A stretch of DNA of 64,000 nt from contig JASFRN010000002.1 in NCBI GenBank assembly GCA_050114915.1, positions 76-64,075 on the forward strand, read 5' to 3'. Within the stretch, counting starts at the first letter, position 1; each line of letters starts with the position of its first letter. The DNA comes from Gemmatimonadales bacterium (GTDB lineage: Bacteria > Gemmatimonadota > Gemmatimonadetes > Palauibacterales > Palauibacteraceae). Below the pieces are notes generated by a model. It made no database searches, was not told where the DNA came from, and saw nothing but the letters and a program-made list of their open reading frames with translations. A program made the translations under genes and the position numbers. Below, piece by piece: positions 34,585 to 44,264 of the stretch.

Positions 34585-36873
34585 TCAGAAGGAGTGGCCG
34601 AGACTGAAGCCCACGCCCGGAAAGTCGCCGCTCTCGTCGGCGGCGAACGTGACCGATACCGGCCCGATCGGCGAAACGAGTCCCGCGGTGACGCCGAACC
34701 CGAACCGGATGTCGCCGCCGTCGAAGGTCCAGGAGTCGCCGGCGGCGCCGGCGTCGCCGTTGATCGCGAGGAATACGTCGTCGGCGGCCATCCAGCGCAG
34801 CTCGAGTCGCGCCAGCTGCCCGTCGCGGCCCGACAGTTCCTGAGGACGCGCGCCGGACAGGGGCAGGAAGCGGCCGGGCATCACGGTCGGCGGATAGAGC
34901 CCGCCGACGAAGGTTCGGCGGCTCAGCGGCAGGTCGGCGCCCCGTCCCCGCGTGAGCGCCACGCGGGCGGAGACGGTCAGCGACGCCGCGAGCGGCACGA
35001 AGCCCTCCGCGTCGACTGCGTAGTGCTGGAAGGTCAGCGAGCTGCCGATCGCGGGATCCGCGAACTCCGCCTTCGCGTACGCGCGAACCCCGCGCCGCGG
35101 GAGCACGATCCGGTCGCGCGTGTCGGCCAGGAGCTCGGCCTGCAGCGTGTGGAACGTCTCGTCGATCGTGTCGATCGGCTCACCGGCGAGCGAATCCACG
35201 CCGATCTCCGGGGTCGCGTGCAGGTACTCGCCCAGCAGGCCGACCCTGAGGAACGCGGCGTTGGCCACGGCGACGCTGGCGAACAGGCCGGCGTCGTACG
35301 TACGCATCTCGCCGCTGACGGCGGCCCGCGCGGTGCCCGCGAACAGCTCCACCGGCACCCGGGTGTAATGCAGGCCCCCGCCCAGTCCGGTCGGGGCGTC
35401 GACCCCGAGGCGATCGAAGTAGTCGATGCCGACCCGGGTCTCGCGCCCGAGCCGCGCGGCCAGGCGCGTCGTGCTCCCGAACGCCAGGCGGTTGCGCAGC
35501 GTGAGGTCGAACAGCAACGCGGCCCGCTCGCGGCTGTCGTAGCGGAATCCGAATCCCAGCAGATCGCGCTGCCGTTGCCTGGTGTGCACCACCAGGCGTC
35601 GGTCCGGGAGGCGAACGCGCCCGTCCGCCGCACCGGGCACGGGGAGGAGCTGGTAGGAGACGAGGGTGAATTCCCCGGTGCCGTAGACACGCTCGATCGC
35701 ACGTCCCAGCTCGCCGGGCGTCACGACGCCGGGCAGCTCGAGGCGTAGCCGCTGGCGGACGAGTCGCTCGGCATCCGGCGAGGCCCCCTCGACGGCGACG
35801 TCTACGAGCCGCACCGACCCCGCCTCGGGGGCCGGGATGCGCAGCGGCTCCGGGTGCCCGAGCGTGGCAGCCAGCGAGTCGAGCTCGCCCCGGACGGCGA
35901 GCGCGGCGTCGCGCCCACGCCGGATCCAGGCATCGGCCTGGTCGAAGCTGAAATAACCGAGCTCCTCCACGTCGGGTTCGATGAGCACGTCGCACGTCGT
36001 GCGCTGACGCCGGGTGGAGACCTCGGCCCGCAGAAACGCCGTTCGGAGCACGATGTCGAGCAGCGAACCGGGGGAGAAGTCCTCGTCGGGCGGCGGTTTC
36101 GAGACGTCGACGCACACGAGCACGTCGGCCCCGAGGGCGCGGGCGTCCGTCGCGGGGAGGTTACGGGCCATCCCGCCGTCGACGAACGTCCGGTCCCCGA
36201 TCCGCACGGGCTCGAACAGTCCCGGAATCGACATGCTGGCGCGAATCGCCAGCGGCAGCGACCCGGAGGTGAGCGCCTCGGCGTCTCCCGTCCGCAGGTC
36301 CATCACCACGGCACCGAACGCCCGCGGCAGGCGCGTGAAGTCGTCCACCTGGTGATAGGGCCACGTAAGCCGCGCCAGCAGCTCGAGCACGCGCTGGCCC
36401 TCGAGCACTCCCCCGGGAAGTCGGATCCCTCCGCCGCCGGTGGGCAGCGAGAACAGGGTCGCTCCCGTCTGGACGCGGCGCTCGATGTCGAGGGCGCTGC
36501 GGGGGCTGGCGTCGCTGAACAGCTCGGCCCAATCCTGGCTCCGGACGATGTCCTCCAGCGCCGGGGGGCCATACCCGATCGCGTACAGCCCGCCGACGAT
36601 CGCTCCCATGCTCGTCCCCGCGACCACGTCGACGGGAATTCCGGCCGCCTCGATCACCTCGAGCGCACCGATGTGGGCGAAGCCCTTGGCGGCACCCCCG
36701 GACAGCACGAGGCCCACGGTCCGGCGAGGCGTGCGGTCGCTCGAGGCCGCGCCGTCACGGGCGCCCTGGGCCCGGGCCGGGACGGCGGGAAGCGCCACGG
36801 CTGCGAGGCCCAGGCCCACCATGAGGCGACGGATTCCGCGGCCGGTCCACAGATCCCGGGAATGTCTGCGCAT
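34585..36873 (-). CDS. Patatin-like phospholipase fused to a POTRA/Omp85-type beta-barrel (PlpD-like type Vd autotransporter)
   Basis: Patatin motifs GGAAKG, GTSMG and DGG. About 350 aa of the C-terminus is beta-strand rich and ends in an aromatic residue (..SLGHSF). Confidence 0.75.
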   Translation of the reverse strand: MRRHSRDLWTGRGIRRLMVGLGLAAVALPAVPARAQGARDGAASSDRTPRRTVGLVLSGGAAKGFAHIGALEVIEAAGIPVDVVAGTSMGAIVGGLYAIGYGPPALEDIVRSQDWAELFSDASPRSALDIERRVQTGATLFSLPTGGGGIRLPGGVLEGQRVLELLARLTWPYHQVDDFTRLPRAFGAVVMDLRTGDAEALTSGSLPLAIRASMSIPGLFEPVRIGDRTFVDGGMARNLPATDARALGADVLVCVDVSKPPPDEDFSPGSLLDIVLRTAFLRAEVSTRRQRTTCDVLIEPDVEELGYFSFDQADAWIRRGRDAALAVRGELDSLAATLGHPEPLRIPAPEAGSVRLVDVAVEGASPDAERLVRQRLRLELPGVVTPGELGRAIERVYGTGEFTLVSYQLLPVPGAADGRVRLPDRRLVVHTRQRQRDLLGFGFRYDSRERAALLFDLTLRNRLAFGSTTRLAARLGRETRVGIDYFDRLGVDAPTGLGGGLHYTRVPVELFAGTARAAVSGEMRTYDAGLFASVAVANAAFLRVGLLGEYLHATPEIGVDSLAGEPIDTIDETFHTLQAELLADTRDRIVLPRRGVRAYAKAEFADPAIGSSLTFQHYAVDAEGFVPLAASLTVSARVALTRGRGADLPLSRRTFVGGLYPPTVMPGRFLPLSGARPQELSGRDGQLARLELRWMAADDVFLAINGDAGAAGDSWTFDGGDIRFGFGVTAGLVSPIGPVSVTFAADESGDFPGVGFSLGHSF

Positions 36874-37000
36874 GGCCGTCCGTGTTCGAGGCTCGCTGCC
36901 CGGCTTTCGCCGCCGGCGGTGACGAGGCAATGATAACCCCGTGCAGCCGCCATTTGGACCCCGTGACGCCATGATCGACACATCCAGGAAGAGACGACCC

Positions 37001-37666
37001 ATGAGCGACGACCCGATCCGCCGCGAGCGCTCCGCTCTGCTCCTCGTGGACATCCAGCCCGACTTCTGTCCGGGCGGCGCCCTGCCGGTAACGGGGGGCG
37101 ACGAGATCCTCCGCCCCGTGGCGCGCCTGATGGAGGAGGGAGGCTTTCCGCTGCAGGTTGCGACCCAGGACTGGCATCCGTCCGACCACGTCTCCTTCGC
37201 CAGCCGGCACGCCGGCAAGGCTCCGCTGGACGTGATCGAGCTGTACGGACACGAACAGGTCCTGTGGCCCGACCACTGCGTGCAGGGAACGCCTGGCGCG
37301 CGTCTCCACCCCGATCTTCCGTGGATCCACGTCGAAGCGGTCGTGCGAAAGGGGACGGACCCGAAGGTGGATTCCTACTCGGGCTTTCGGAACAACTGGA
37401 ATCCCGACGGCGAGCGACCGCCGACGGGTCTGGCCGGGTACCTCCGGGAGCGGGGGATCGAACGGGCCTACCTGTGCGGGCTGGCCCGCGACTACTGCGT
37501 GCGCTGGACGGCGGAGGACGCGGCGGACGCCGGCTTCGAGACCTTCGTCCTGTGGGATCTCACGCGTTCGGTGGATCCGTCGGGGGACGAGGCGTTGCGC
37601 GAAGCGCTCGAGGCCCGGGGAATCGGTGTCCTCGAGTCGGCGGCCGTGCTCCCCGGGGCGGACTGA
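37001..37666 (+). CDS. pncA: Nicotinamidase/pyrazinamidase (isochorismatase family)
   Basis: LLLVDIQPDFCPGGALPV, DWHP..H and the catalytic Cys context YLCGLARDYCV. Confidence 0.85.
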   Translation: MSDDPIRRERSALLLVDIQPDFCPGGALPVTGGDEILRPVARLMEEGGFPLQVATQDWHPSDHVSFASRHAGKAPLDVIELYGHEQVLWPDHCVQGTPGARLHPDLPWIHVEAVVRKGTDPKVDSYSGFRNNWNPDGERPPTGLAGYLRERGIERAYLCGLARDYCVRWTAEDAADAGFETFVLWDLTRSVDPSGDEALREALEARGIGVLESAAVLPGAD

Positions 37667-37709
37667 CCGCCGCCGGGGAGCCGGCTACCGGATTACTGCG
37701 GCTTCGGCG

Positions 37710-39725
37710 TCAGGACGCTTCGGCCAGGCGGCGAACCGCATCGGCGAGCATGCTCACCCTGGCCGGGTCGCTCGACCCGGCGGCTTCGGTCCGTAGCTGC
37801 GCCGCGAGGCTCGCCAGCGCATCCCGGCGCTTGCTGCCCGAGGCCTTCTCGGCCGCGTTCAGCGCGCGCCGGACATCCACGATGCGCGCGCTGCCGAGAC
37901 CCTTCGAACGGGACAGCTGATCCACGTACGCCCGGGCGAGCGCGAAGGTCGCCGGCCACTCGAACTTCGGCTGACCCTGCACGTTCAGGTACTCGAGCTC
38001 GACCGACCGAGCCGCGTCGATCTCGTTTTGCGTCAGCCAGGCGCTCGGCGTGAGCTCGAAGATGTCGAGGCCGCGGGCGATCTCGGAGCTCACGATGACG
38101 CCGTTGTACCAGTACACCGACCACGAGCCGCCGCTCACCATCTCGTCGGCGTTCAGCGGTCCGCGGTCGAAGAAGGCGATCTCCGTCGGGTCGTCCGGGT
38201 CGGTCCAGTCGAAGACCGAGATCCCGCCCTGGTACCAGCCCTGGACCATCACGTCCCGGCCCGGGATCGGGATCAGCGATCCGTTGTGGGCCACGCAGTT
38301 CTCTTCCGGCGTCTGCGCCGCCGACAGCTTGTAGTAGCTGTGGAAGTCCAGCTTCCGGTCGTCGATCGTGAAGATCGCGTCCGCGCCCCACTCGTACGGG
38401 TCGGTGTCGCGGCACTTCGGCTGGCCGCCGCCGCCCCACTCGTCGGAGAACAGGAGCTTCGTGCCGTCGTTGTTGAACGTGGCCGAGTGCCAGTACGAGA
38501 AGTTCGAGTCGGCCACGGCGTCGATCCGCACCGGGTGGGCCGGATCGCTGATGTCGAGCAGCAGCCCGTAGCCGCCGCACGCGCCGCCGGCGAGGCCGAC
38601 GGCCGGATAGACGGTGATGTCGTGGCACTGTGTCGGCCCGGTGCGGCCGCGGTTCCCCTGGTTGCCGATCAGCTTCGCGATGATGTCGGGCAGCGCCTCG
38701 CGGAGCGCCGCGCTGTCGGCCGCCGTCGGGGCGCCGGAGCCGCCGCGCGCCACGACCACGCTGTCGAGCATCGGATCGACGAAGCGCGAGGGCAGCGGCC
38801 GCTCGCGGCCGAAGATCTCCGCCGTGAACGCGCCCCGCGCCTTGGCCTCGGCGAGCTGCTCCTCCTGCTCGGCCTTGTCGGCCGCCGTCTCGCCGTGCTG
38901 CGGCGGGGCGTCGAGGCCCTCGAAGATGCGCGGCGACGACACGATGGCCGCGTCCTCGGGATGCGCCAGCGGCACGCGGATCACCTCGATGCGGAACAGG
39001 GCCGAATTCGGATCCTCGTCCGGCATCTCGTCCGAGCATCCCGGCAGCTCGTTCGGCGACCGCACGACGGACGATCCGGAGATGTACACGTAGACGTTCT
39101 CGGTGTCGTTCGGGTCGACGAGCACCGTGTGGGTGTGCGAGCCTCGGCAGGTCTGGACGTTGCCCACGTTCACGGGGTTGTCGAGGTCGCTGATGTCGAA
39201 GATGCGCAGCCCGCGCAGCCTGTCGGCGCTGACGCTGTCCTGCACGCCTTCGCCGCCGCAATCGATCCGGCCGCTCAGTCCTTCGCCGGAGACGAAGAGC
39301 AGGTTGCGGTAGACCGACACGTCGCTCTGCGAGGCCGGGCAGAAGTAGCCGCGTCGCAACGTCGGGGCGGCCGGATCCGAGATGTCCCACACCTGGAAGC
39401 CGTTGTAGTTGCCCTGGATCGCGTAGTGATCCAGGAACGCCAGGTCGGAGTTCGTGGCCCCGGCGAACGGTTCCGGTTTGGGCGTGTTCGACATCAACTC
39501 CAGGTTCCAGATCGCGGAGCCCGCGTCCGTCACTCCGGCTTTCAGGCCGATGCGCGGATCGGGGCTGGGCGGCATCGAGGACATCTCGCCCCCGGCGGCT
39601 TCCATCTGCGGTGAAGCGGGCATCCCCGCGTCGTTCTCCGCCGGGGAGGACGAGGCGCAGGCGGCCAGCGCCAGGGCGCCGAGCGACAGCAGTCCGGCGC
39701 GAAGAAACGTGGACGGCTTGAACAT
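37710..39725 (-). CDS. LVIVD-repeat beta-propeller lipoprotein
   Basis: Lipobox ALAAC. Repeated LxIxD motifs (VWDISDP, LRIFDISDLDNP, LLLDISDPAHP, LDIFELT). Confidence 0.7.
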   Translation of the reverse strand: MFKPSTFLRAGLLSLGALALAACASSSPAENDAGMPASPQMEAAGGEMSSMPPSPDPRIGLKAGVTDAGSAIWNLELMSNTPKPEPFAGATNSDLAFLDHYAIQGNYNGFQVWDISDPAAPTLRRGYFCPASQSDVSVYRNLLFVSGEGLSGRIDCGGEGVQDSVSADRLRGLRIFDISDLDNPVNVGNVQTCRGSHTHTVLVDPNDTENVYVYISGSSVVRSPNELPGCSDEMPDEDPNSALFRIEVIRVPLAHPEDAAIVSSPRIFEGLDAPPQHGETAADKAEQEEQLAEAKARGAFTAEIFGRERPLPSRFVDPMLDSVVVARGGSGAPTAADSAALREALPDIIAKLIGNQGNRGRTGPTQCHDITVYPAVGLAGGACGGYGLLLDISDPAHPVRIDAVADSNFSYWHSATFNNDGTKLLFSDEWGGGGQPKCRDTDPYEWGADAIFTIDDRKLDFHSYYKLSAAQTPEENCVAHNGSLIPIPGRDVMVQGWYQGGISVFDWTDPDDPTEIAFFDRGPLNADEMVSGGSWSVYWYNGVIVSSEIARGLDIFELTPSAWLTQNEIDAARSVELEYLNVQGQPKFEWPATFALARAYVDQLSRSKGLGSARIVDVRRALNAAEKASGSKRRDALASLAAQLRTEAAGSSDPARVSMLADAVRRLAEAS

Positions 39726-39786
39726 GGTCGAATCCCGTCGATAGAGGGGGGAACGAAATTTCCGACCGCTCACTTCGAACGGTCGG

Positions 39787-40479
39787 TCAGGGTGATTCAT
39801 CGCCGTCGGCGAACAGGATGTCCCGCAGCATCGTCTGCATCCGGGTGATCTCGCTCGCCTGGTCGGCCCCGATGTCGGAAGCCAGCTTGAACACCGCCTG
39901 CTCGCGGGCGCCGCCCTCCGTGCCGACGAGCTCGTCGACCATCGTCAGGGCGCCCTGGTGGTGCTGGATCATGAACTGCAGGAACAGCCGGTCGAACTCC
40001 TCGCCGCGGGCCGCGTCGAGCGCGGCCAGCTGCTCGGCCGACAGCATGCCGGGCATCATCTCCATCCCGCCATGGGCGTGGGACATCGTCACGTGCCCGG
40101 CCTCGTCGACCTGCGGAACCTCCTCGCCGCGATCGCGCAGCCAGCGCTGCATGAGCAGGATCTCGTCACGCTGGGCGTTGATGATCCGGCGGGTGAGAGT
40201 CAGCATCGCGGGGCTCGCGCCGTGCGACGGCGCCATGCGCGCCATGACGAGCGCCTGCGCGTGATGGTGGATCATCCCGGCCATGAAGTCGACGTCGGCC
40301 TGCGTGTAGGTGCGGCGGATGCTGTCGACGATCGCGGCCTGCTCGGCCACGTCGCCGGTCGGTGCGGTGGTGGCGCCGGCGCCCGGCGCCGGGCGGGCGG
40401 GCTCCGCACCGCCGGTGGCCGCGGTGCTCCCGCAGCCGGCGCAGACGGCCAGCATCGACAGGGCGATGAGTCTGTGCAA
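39787..40479 (-). CDS. DUF305-domain lipoprotein (His-rich four-helix-bundle family, metal-associated)
   Basis: Lipobox LAVCAGC and duplicated HHxxA motifs (MIHHHAQAL, MIQHHQGAL). Confidence 0.7.
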   Translation of the reverse strand: MHRLIALSMLAVCAGCGSTAATGGAEPARPAPGAGATTAPTGDVAEQAAIVDSIRRTYTQADVDFMAGMIHHHAQALVMARMAPSHGASPAMLTLTRRIINAQRDEILLMQRWLRDRGEEVPQVDEAGHVTMSHAHGGMEMMPGMLSAEQLAALDAARGEEFDRLFLQFMIQHHQGALTMVDELVGTEGGAREQAVFKLASDIGADQASEITRMQTMLRDILFADGDESP

Positions 40480-40568
40480 GGTGCCTTGGATGATGACGCT
40501 CCCGATCGAGGTGAACCGACGGAAATTCTAACCGGCCCGGTTCCGGACGCCAATCCCGGGCCGCAATC

Positions 40569-41018
40569 TCACGTGTCGCGACCGTGCCATTCCATCACCA
40601 GTCCGTCGTGCGGGTCCTCGACCAGGCTGGCGGGGCTGAACCCGAGCTTCTCGAGCACCCGGTGCGATGCGTTCCGCTCGGGCAGTGTGCGCGCCGTGAG
40701 CCCGACGTCCGGATCGCGCTCGCGCGCCACCGCCACCAGCTGCGCGGCCATCGAGGTCGCGACCCCGTGGCCTTCGAAGCCCGGGAAGGTGAAGTAGGCG
40801 ATCTCGACCGTGCCGTCGCGCGGGGCGGACTTGAACCCGCAGGTGCCGACGGGCGCGTCCTCGAAGAAGGCCAGGTAGCCGATCCACGGCTCCTCGAACC
40901 CGAGGTCCTCGTACAGGACGGCCATCGCGCGGCAGACGCCTTCCGGCACGTCGGCCAGCGGGCCGGGCCGTCCGCGCGGTACGCCACCGGGGTCGATGGG
41001 GACGAGGTCGAGGTTCAT
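40569..41018 (-). CDS. GNAT-family N-acetyltransferase
   Basis: 149 aa. A GNAT-like acetyl-CoA motif region is present (VAVARERDPDVGLTARTLPERNASHRVLEKLGF). Confidence 0.75.
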   Translation of the reverse strand: MNLDLVPIDPGGVPRGRPGPLADVPEGVCRAMAVLYEDLGFEEPWIGYLAFFEDAPVGTCGFKSAPRDGTVEIAYFTFPGFEGHGVATSMAAQLVAVARERDPDVGLTARTLPERNASHRVLEKLGFSPASLVEDPHDGLVMEWHGRDT

Positions 41019-41512
41019 GGTTCCGCCCGCACCTCGATCCAGGTTACCTGGCGGATCCAGCGCGAATGGCGGGGATCTCCTTCGATCAACAGGCGCAGGG
41101 GTGCCTCTTCCGCCCGCAGGGGCTGTCCATCCGCCCGGTCGGCCAGGAGATAGCGCCGATCGGGCAGCGACGGGTCCAGCTCCGCGAGGCTGAATACGAC
41201 CTCGTACCCGTCTTCCGCCCCGATCACCACCCGTTGGCGGAGGGCGGGACCGCGGAGCGAGTCGGCGCTCACTCCGGCGAGCTTCAGCACGGCGTACAGC
41301 GGAACACCCTCGAACCGAACGGTCTCGGTATCGTGGAAAGTCACCGTCATCGTCTCACGCGACATTTCCTGCAGTTCGCCGGTCGGGACGAGTAGGGTCG
41401 TGTCGGGAGCTTCGATGCGGAGGTAGTCGCCAGCCTGGGCCGCCGCCGGGGCGCTGCTGGTCAACAGACAGAACGTGGCCGCCAGGAGACGGCGTTCGAA
41501 GCTTCTCGTCAT
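41015..41512 (-). CDS. Small secreted protein with a sulfite-oxidase-family (SUOX-fold) Moco-domain-like C-terminal motif
   Basis: Signal peptide LLTSSAPAAAQA. The C-terminus PLRLLIEGDPRHSRWIRQVTWIEV resembles the Moco-domain ending, but the protein is only 166 aa. Confidence 0.4.
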   Translation of the reverse strand: MTRSFERRLLAATFCLLTSSAPAAAQAGDYLRIEAPDTTLLVPTGELQEMSRETMTVTFHDTETVRFEGVPLYAVLKLAGVSADSLRGPALRQRVVIGAEDGYEVVFSLAELDPSLPDRRYLLADRADGQPLRAEEAPLRLLIEGDPRHSRWIRQVTWIEVRAEP

Positions 41513-41591
41513 GGTGCCAATTCTGGGGTCCATCTCCTCGGGAAGGCAACGGCCTCGACACGGAGCCGCCACGCCCCGATCATCCCGCATG

Positions 41592-42476
41592 CCGACCTGC
41601 GCCTTCCTGACCACGGACTTGCTCGACGGGTACGTGGCCGACGACGACCTCGCCGTCGGCCCGCTCGCCGAGCTTGGTTGGACCGTCGACTTCGTTCCGT
41701 GGCGCGGCGCGGCCGAGACCGCCGCGCGCTACGACCTCGTCGTCGTTCGCTCGACCTGGGACTACCACGAGACTCCGGCGGCGTTCGCGGCCGAGCTCTC
41801 CGCCGTGGATGCGGTCACGAGGCTCGAGAACCCGCTCGAGACGATCCGCTGGAACCTGTCGAAGACCTACCTTCCCGATCTCGGCCAGCGGGGGATTCCC
41901 ATCGTACCGACCCGGATCGGCCGCGGAGGAGCCGGGGCGGCGCTCGAGGAAGCGTTCCGCGAGTTCGACCGCCCGGAGGTCGTCATCAAGCCCGCCGTCG
42001 GGGCCAGCGCCCACGATATCCATCGCGTCGCCGCGGGCAGCTCCGCGGAACGCCTGGCCGAGATCGACCGGCTGTTCGCCGACCGCTCCTTCCTCGTCCA
42101 GCCCTACCTCCCTCAGATCGAGACGGAAGGGGAGTACTCGGTCGTCTTCTTCGACGGCGTGTACAGCCACACGCTCCGCAAACAACCCCGAAAGGGAGAC
42201 TTTCGCGTCCAGGAGGAGCACGGCGGGCTCATCACCGCAGTCGAGCCGCCCGCGGGGCTGATGGCGCGGGCGCGCCGGGTGCTCGAGGCGCTTCCCGAGG
42301 CCCGCGCGCCCCTGTATGCCCGCGTCGACCTCGTGCGGTACCCGCCGGACGATTTCCGGCTCATGGAGCTCGAGCTCATCGAGCCCGCGCTCTATCTGCG
42401 CATCGACGAGCCCTCGGCCCGGCGCTTCGCGCGCGCGATCGCCGATCGAGGGCGCGCCTCTTCCGGCAGCGGCTAA
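41592..42476 (+). CDS. ATP-grasp family ligase (RimK/glutathione-synthetase-like), substrate unknown
   Basis: A pre-ATP-grasp plus ATP-grasp pattern ([17 protein letters not shown]...FLVQPYLP...EYSVVFFDG...DLVR). Confidence 0.6.
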   Translation, partial: PTCAFLTTDLLDGYVADDDLAVGPLAELGWTVDFVPWRGAAETAARYDLVVVRSTWDYHETPAAFAAELSAVDAVTRLENPLETIRWNLSKTYLPDLGQRGIPIVPTRIGRGGAGAALEEAFREFDRPEVVIKPAVGASAHDIHRVAAGSSAERLAEIDRLFADRSFLVQPYLPQIETEGEYSVVFFDGVYSHTLRKQPRKGDFRVQEEHGGLITAVEPPAGLMARARRVLEALPEARAPLYARVDLVRYPPDDFRLMELELIEPALYLRIDEPSARRFARAIADRGRASSGSG

Positions 42477-43000
42477 GACGGGGCGAACGCCGCCCGCAGG
42501 GTGTCGTAGATCGCGTCGTCGAAGGCGACGAGGACCACCCTGTCGAGCGACGCGTCGTCCGCCAGGAAGCCCGCGAGCGTGTCGCGCACGACGCGGGCCG
42601 CCCGTTCCGGCGGGTATCCGTAGATCCCGCAGCTGATGGCCGGGAAGGCGATCGAGCGGATGTCGTTCTCCCGGGCCAGCTCGAGCGAGCTCCGGTAACA
42701 ACTCGCCAGCTTCTCGGGCTCCCCCGAGTCGCCGCCGTGCCATACCGGGCCGACCGTGTGGATCACGTGGTCGGCGGGCAGGTCGAAGCCCTGTGTGATG
42801 CGGCTCTCACCCGTCGGGCAGCGAACGCCCGGCCGTACCTCGGGCACCTCGCGGCACGCCGCCAGCAGCCGCGGACCCGCAGCCCGGTGGATCGCCCCGT
42901 CCACGCCTCCTCCGCCGAGCATGCGCTCGTTGGCCGCGTTGACGATCGCGTCCACGTCCAGCTTCGTGATGTCGCCCCGCATGATCTCGACGCGGTCCAT
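42473..43000 (-). CDS. ymdB: Macro-domain protein, YmdB/MacroD-like O-acetyl-ADP-ribose deacetylase
   Basis: [36 protein letters not shown]...[12 protein letters not shown] is nearly canonical. Confidence 0.85.
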   Translation of the reverse strand: MDRVEIMRGDITKLDVDAIVNAANERMLGGGGVDGAIHRAAGPRLLAACREVPEVRPGVRCPTGESRITQGFDLPADHVIHTVGPVWHGGDSGEPEKLASCYRSSLELARENDIRSIAFPAISCGIYGYPPERAARVVRDTLAGFLADDASLDRVVLVAFDDAIYDTLRAAFAPS

Positions 43001-43038
43001 CGTGCCTCCCGGTTGCTCCGGTGTTCTCGGCTCCAGCC

Positions 43039-44256
43039 TCAGCGGCTCAGCTCGCGCTCCAGCGGCGTCCGAAACCGGGGCACGACCACGTGCTCGCCCA
43101 GCCATTCGCCGAGACGCTCCGCTTCCCGGTCTGCCGCGTCGGCCACCTCGGCTCCTGCGTCGACGAGGAGCCGCACCACCACCTCCCCGTCGTCTCGCTG
43201 TGCCCAGCCTCCGACGATGCGCCCGTCGGACCAGACCGTGGGTCCGGCGTTGCCGTTCCGATCGAACAGGTGCTCCTCGAGATCGCCGAGGTACCAGTCC
43301 CTGCGTTTCCAGCCCATGGCCGTCGTGTCGAGCGGGGGGAGGAGGGCGACGCGCCGTGGATCCGAGTCGCAGCGCCCGGCGGCATCTGCGACATCGGCGG
43401 CATCCGCCAGGTCGTCGGGCAGGGCGAAGCCGGGCTCGTCCTCCAGTTCGACCTCGGCGGGGCGTACGATTTCCAGCGCCTTTCGGGTCTGCGTCTTGTT
43501 CCAGCCGCTCCACCAGTGCAGGTCCTCGAACGTGGCCGGCCCGAACGCCCGCAGGTAGGCCCGCGCCAGGTCGGCCCGCGCGCCGGCCGGGTCCTCCGGG
43601 CGGGCGTCGAGCTGGAGGCCGAGCCATTCGCGGGTGGGCGCCCAGCGGTACATCGTCGACTTCCAGCTGCCGAGCGGCTCGGTGCGTGAGACGCGCCCGA
43701 CGATCGCGAGCCACAGCAGCACCCGGCTCGACATCCCGATCTTGCCCGCCCATTTCTTGCCGCGATTGACCTCGACCTGGAGCCCCAGCTCCGGCACGGC
43801 TTCCGTGAGCTCGACGGCGGTCGCGGCTCCCAGCTCGCGCACCGCGGACAGCGTCCGGTCGGCGACGCGGTCGTGCCAGGCCTCCGGGTCCTCCACGTCC
43901 GCCATCTCGAGCAGCCGCAGGTTCCGCCGCCGCTCGGTACGGGCGAGGGACCAGCTCGCCGCGGCGTGCAGCACCGGGATCCGGTCGATGCTGGTGACGA
44001 ACATGGTGCGGCGCATCGCGAGGATCCGCGCGATCGAGCGCTCTTCGTACAGCGCACGCTCGACGTCCCCCACCCCGAGGTCGTCGGTGCGCGCCCGCAG
44101 GCCGAGGAATACCGACGCCGGATCCGTAGCGTGCAGGGCGACGAGGTCCCGCGTGACGGCGGCCGCCGCGTCCGGTCCGGAAAGCGGTCGGGCGAGGTGG
44201 TGCCGCCGCCACAGGCGGGTCCGGCGCTCCTCCGGCGAGAACGACGGCGTGGACAC
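43039..44256 (-). CDS. Winged-helix DNA glycosylase of the YcaQ/AlkZ family (DUF1006)
   Basis: About 405 aa with a GTG start just after the amidase stop. The overall composition and length fit my memory of the family. I cannot verify the catalytic motif. Confidence 0.5.
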   Translation of the reverse strand: MSTPSFSPEERRTRLWRRHHLARPLSGPDAAAAVTRDLVALHATDPASVFLGLRARTDDLGVGDVERALYEERSIARILAMRRTMFVTSIDRIPVLHAAASWSLARTERRRNLRLLEMADVEDPEAWHDRVADRTLSAVRELGAATAVELTEAVPELGLQVEVNRGKKWAGKIGMSSRVLLWLAIVGRVSRTEPLGSWKSTMYRWAPTREWLGLQLDARPEDPAGARADLARAYLRAFGPATFEDLHWWSGWNKTQTRKALEIVRPAEVELEDEPGFALPDDLADAADVADAAGRCDSDPRRVALLPPLDTTAMGWKRRDWYLGDLEEHLFDRNGNAGPTVWSDGRIVGGWAQRDDGEVVVRLLVDAGAEVADAADREAERLGEWLGEHVVVPRFRTPLERELSR

Positions 44257-44264
44257 GGAGACGG

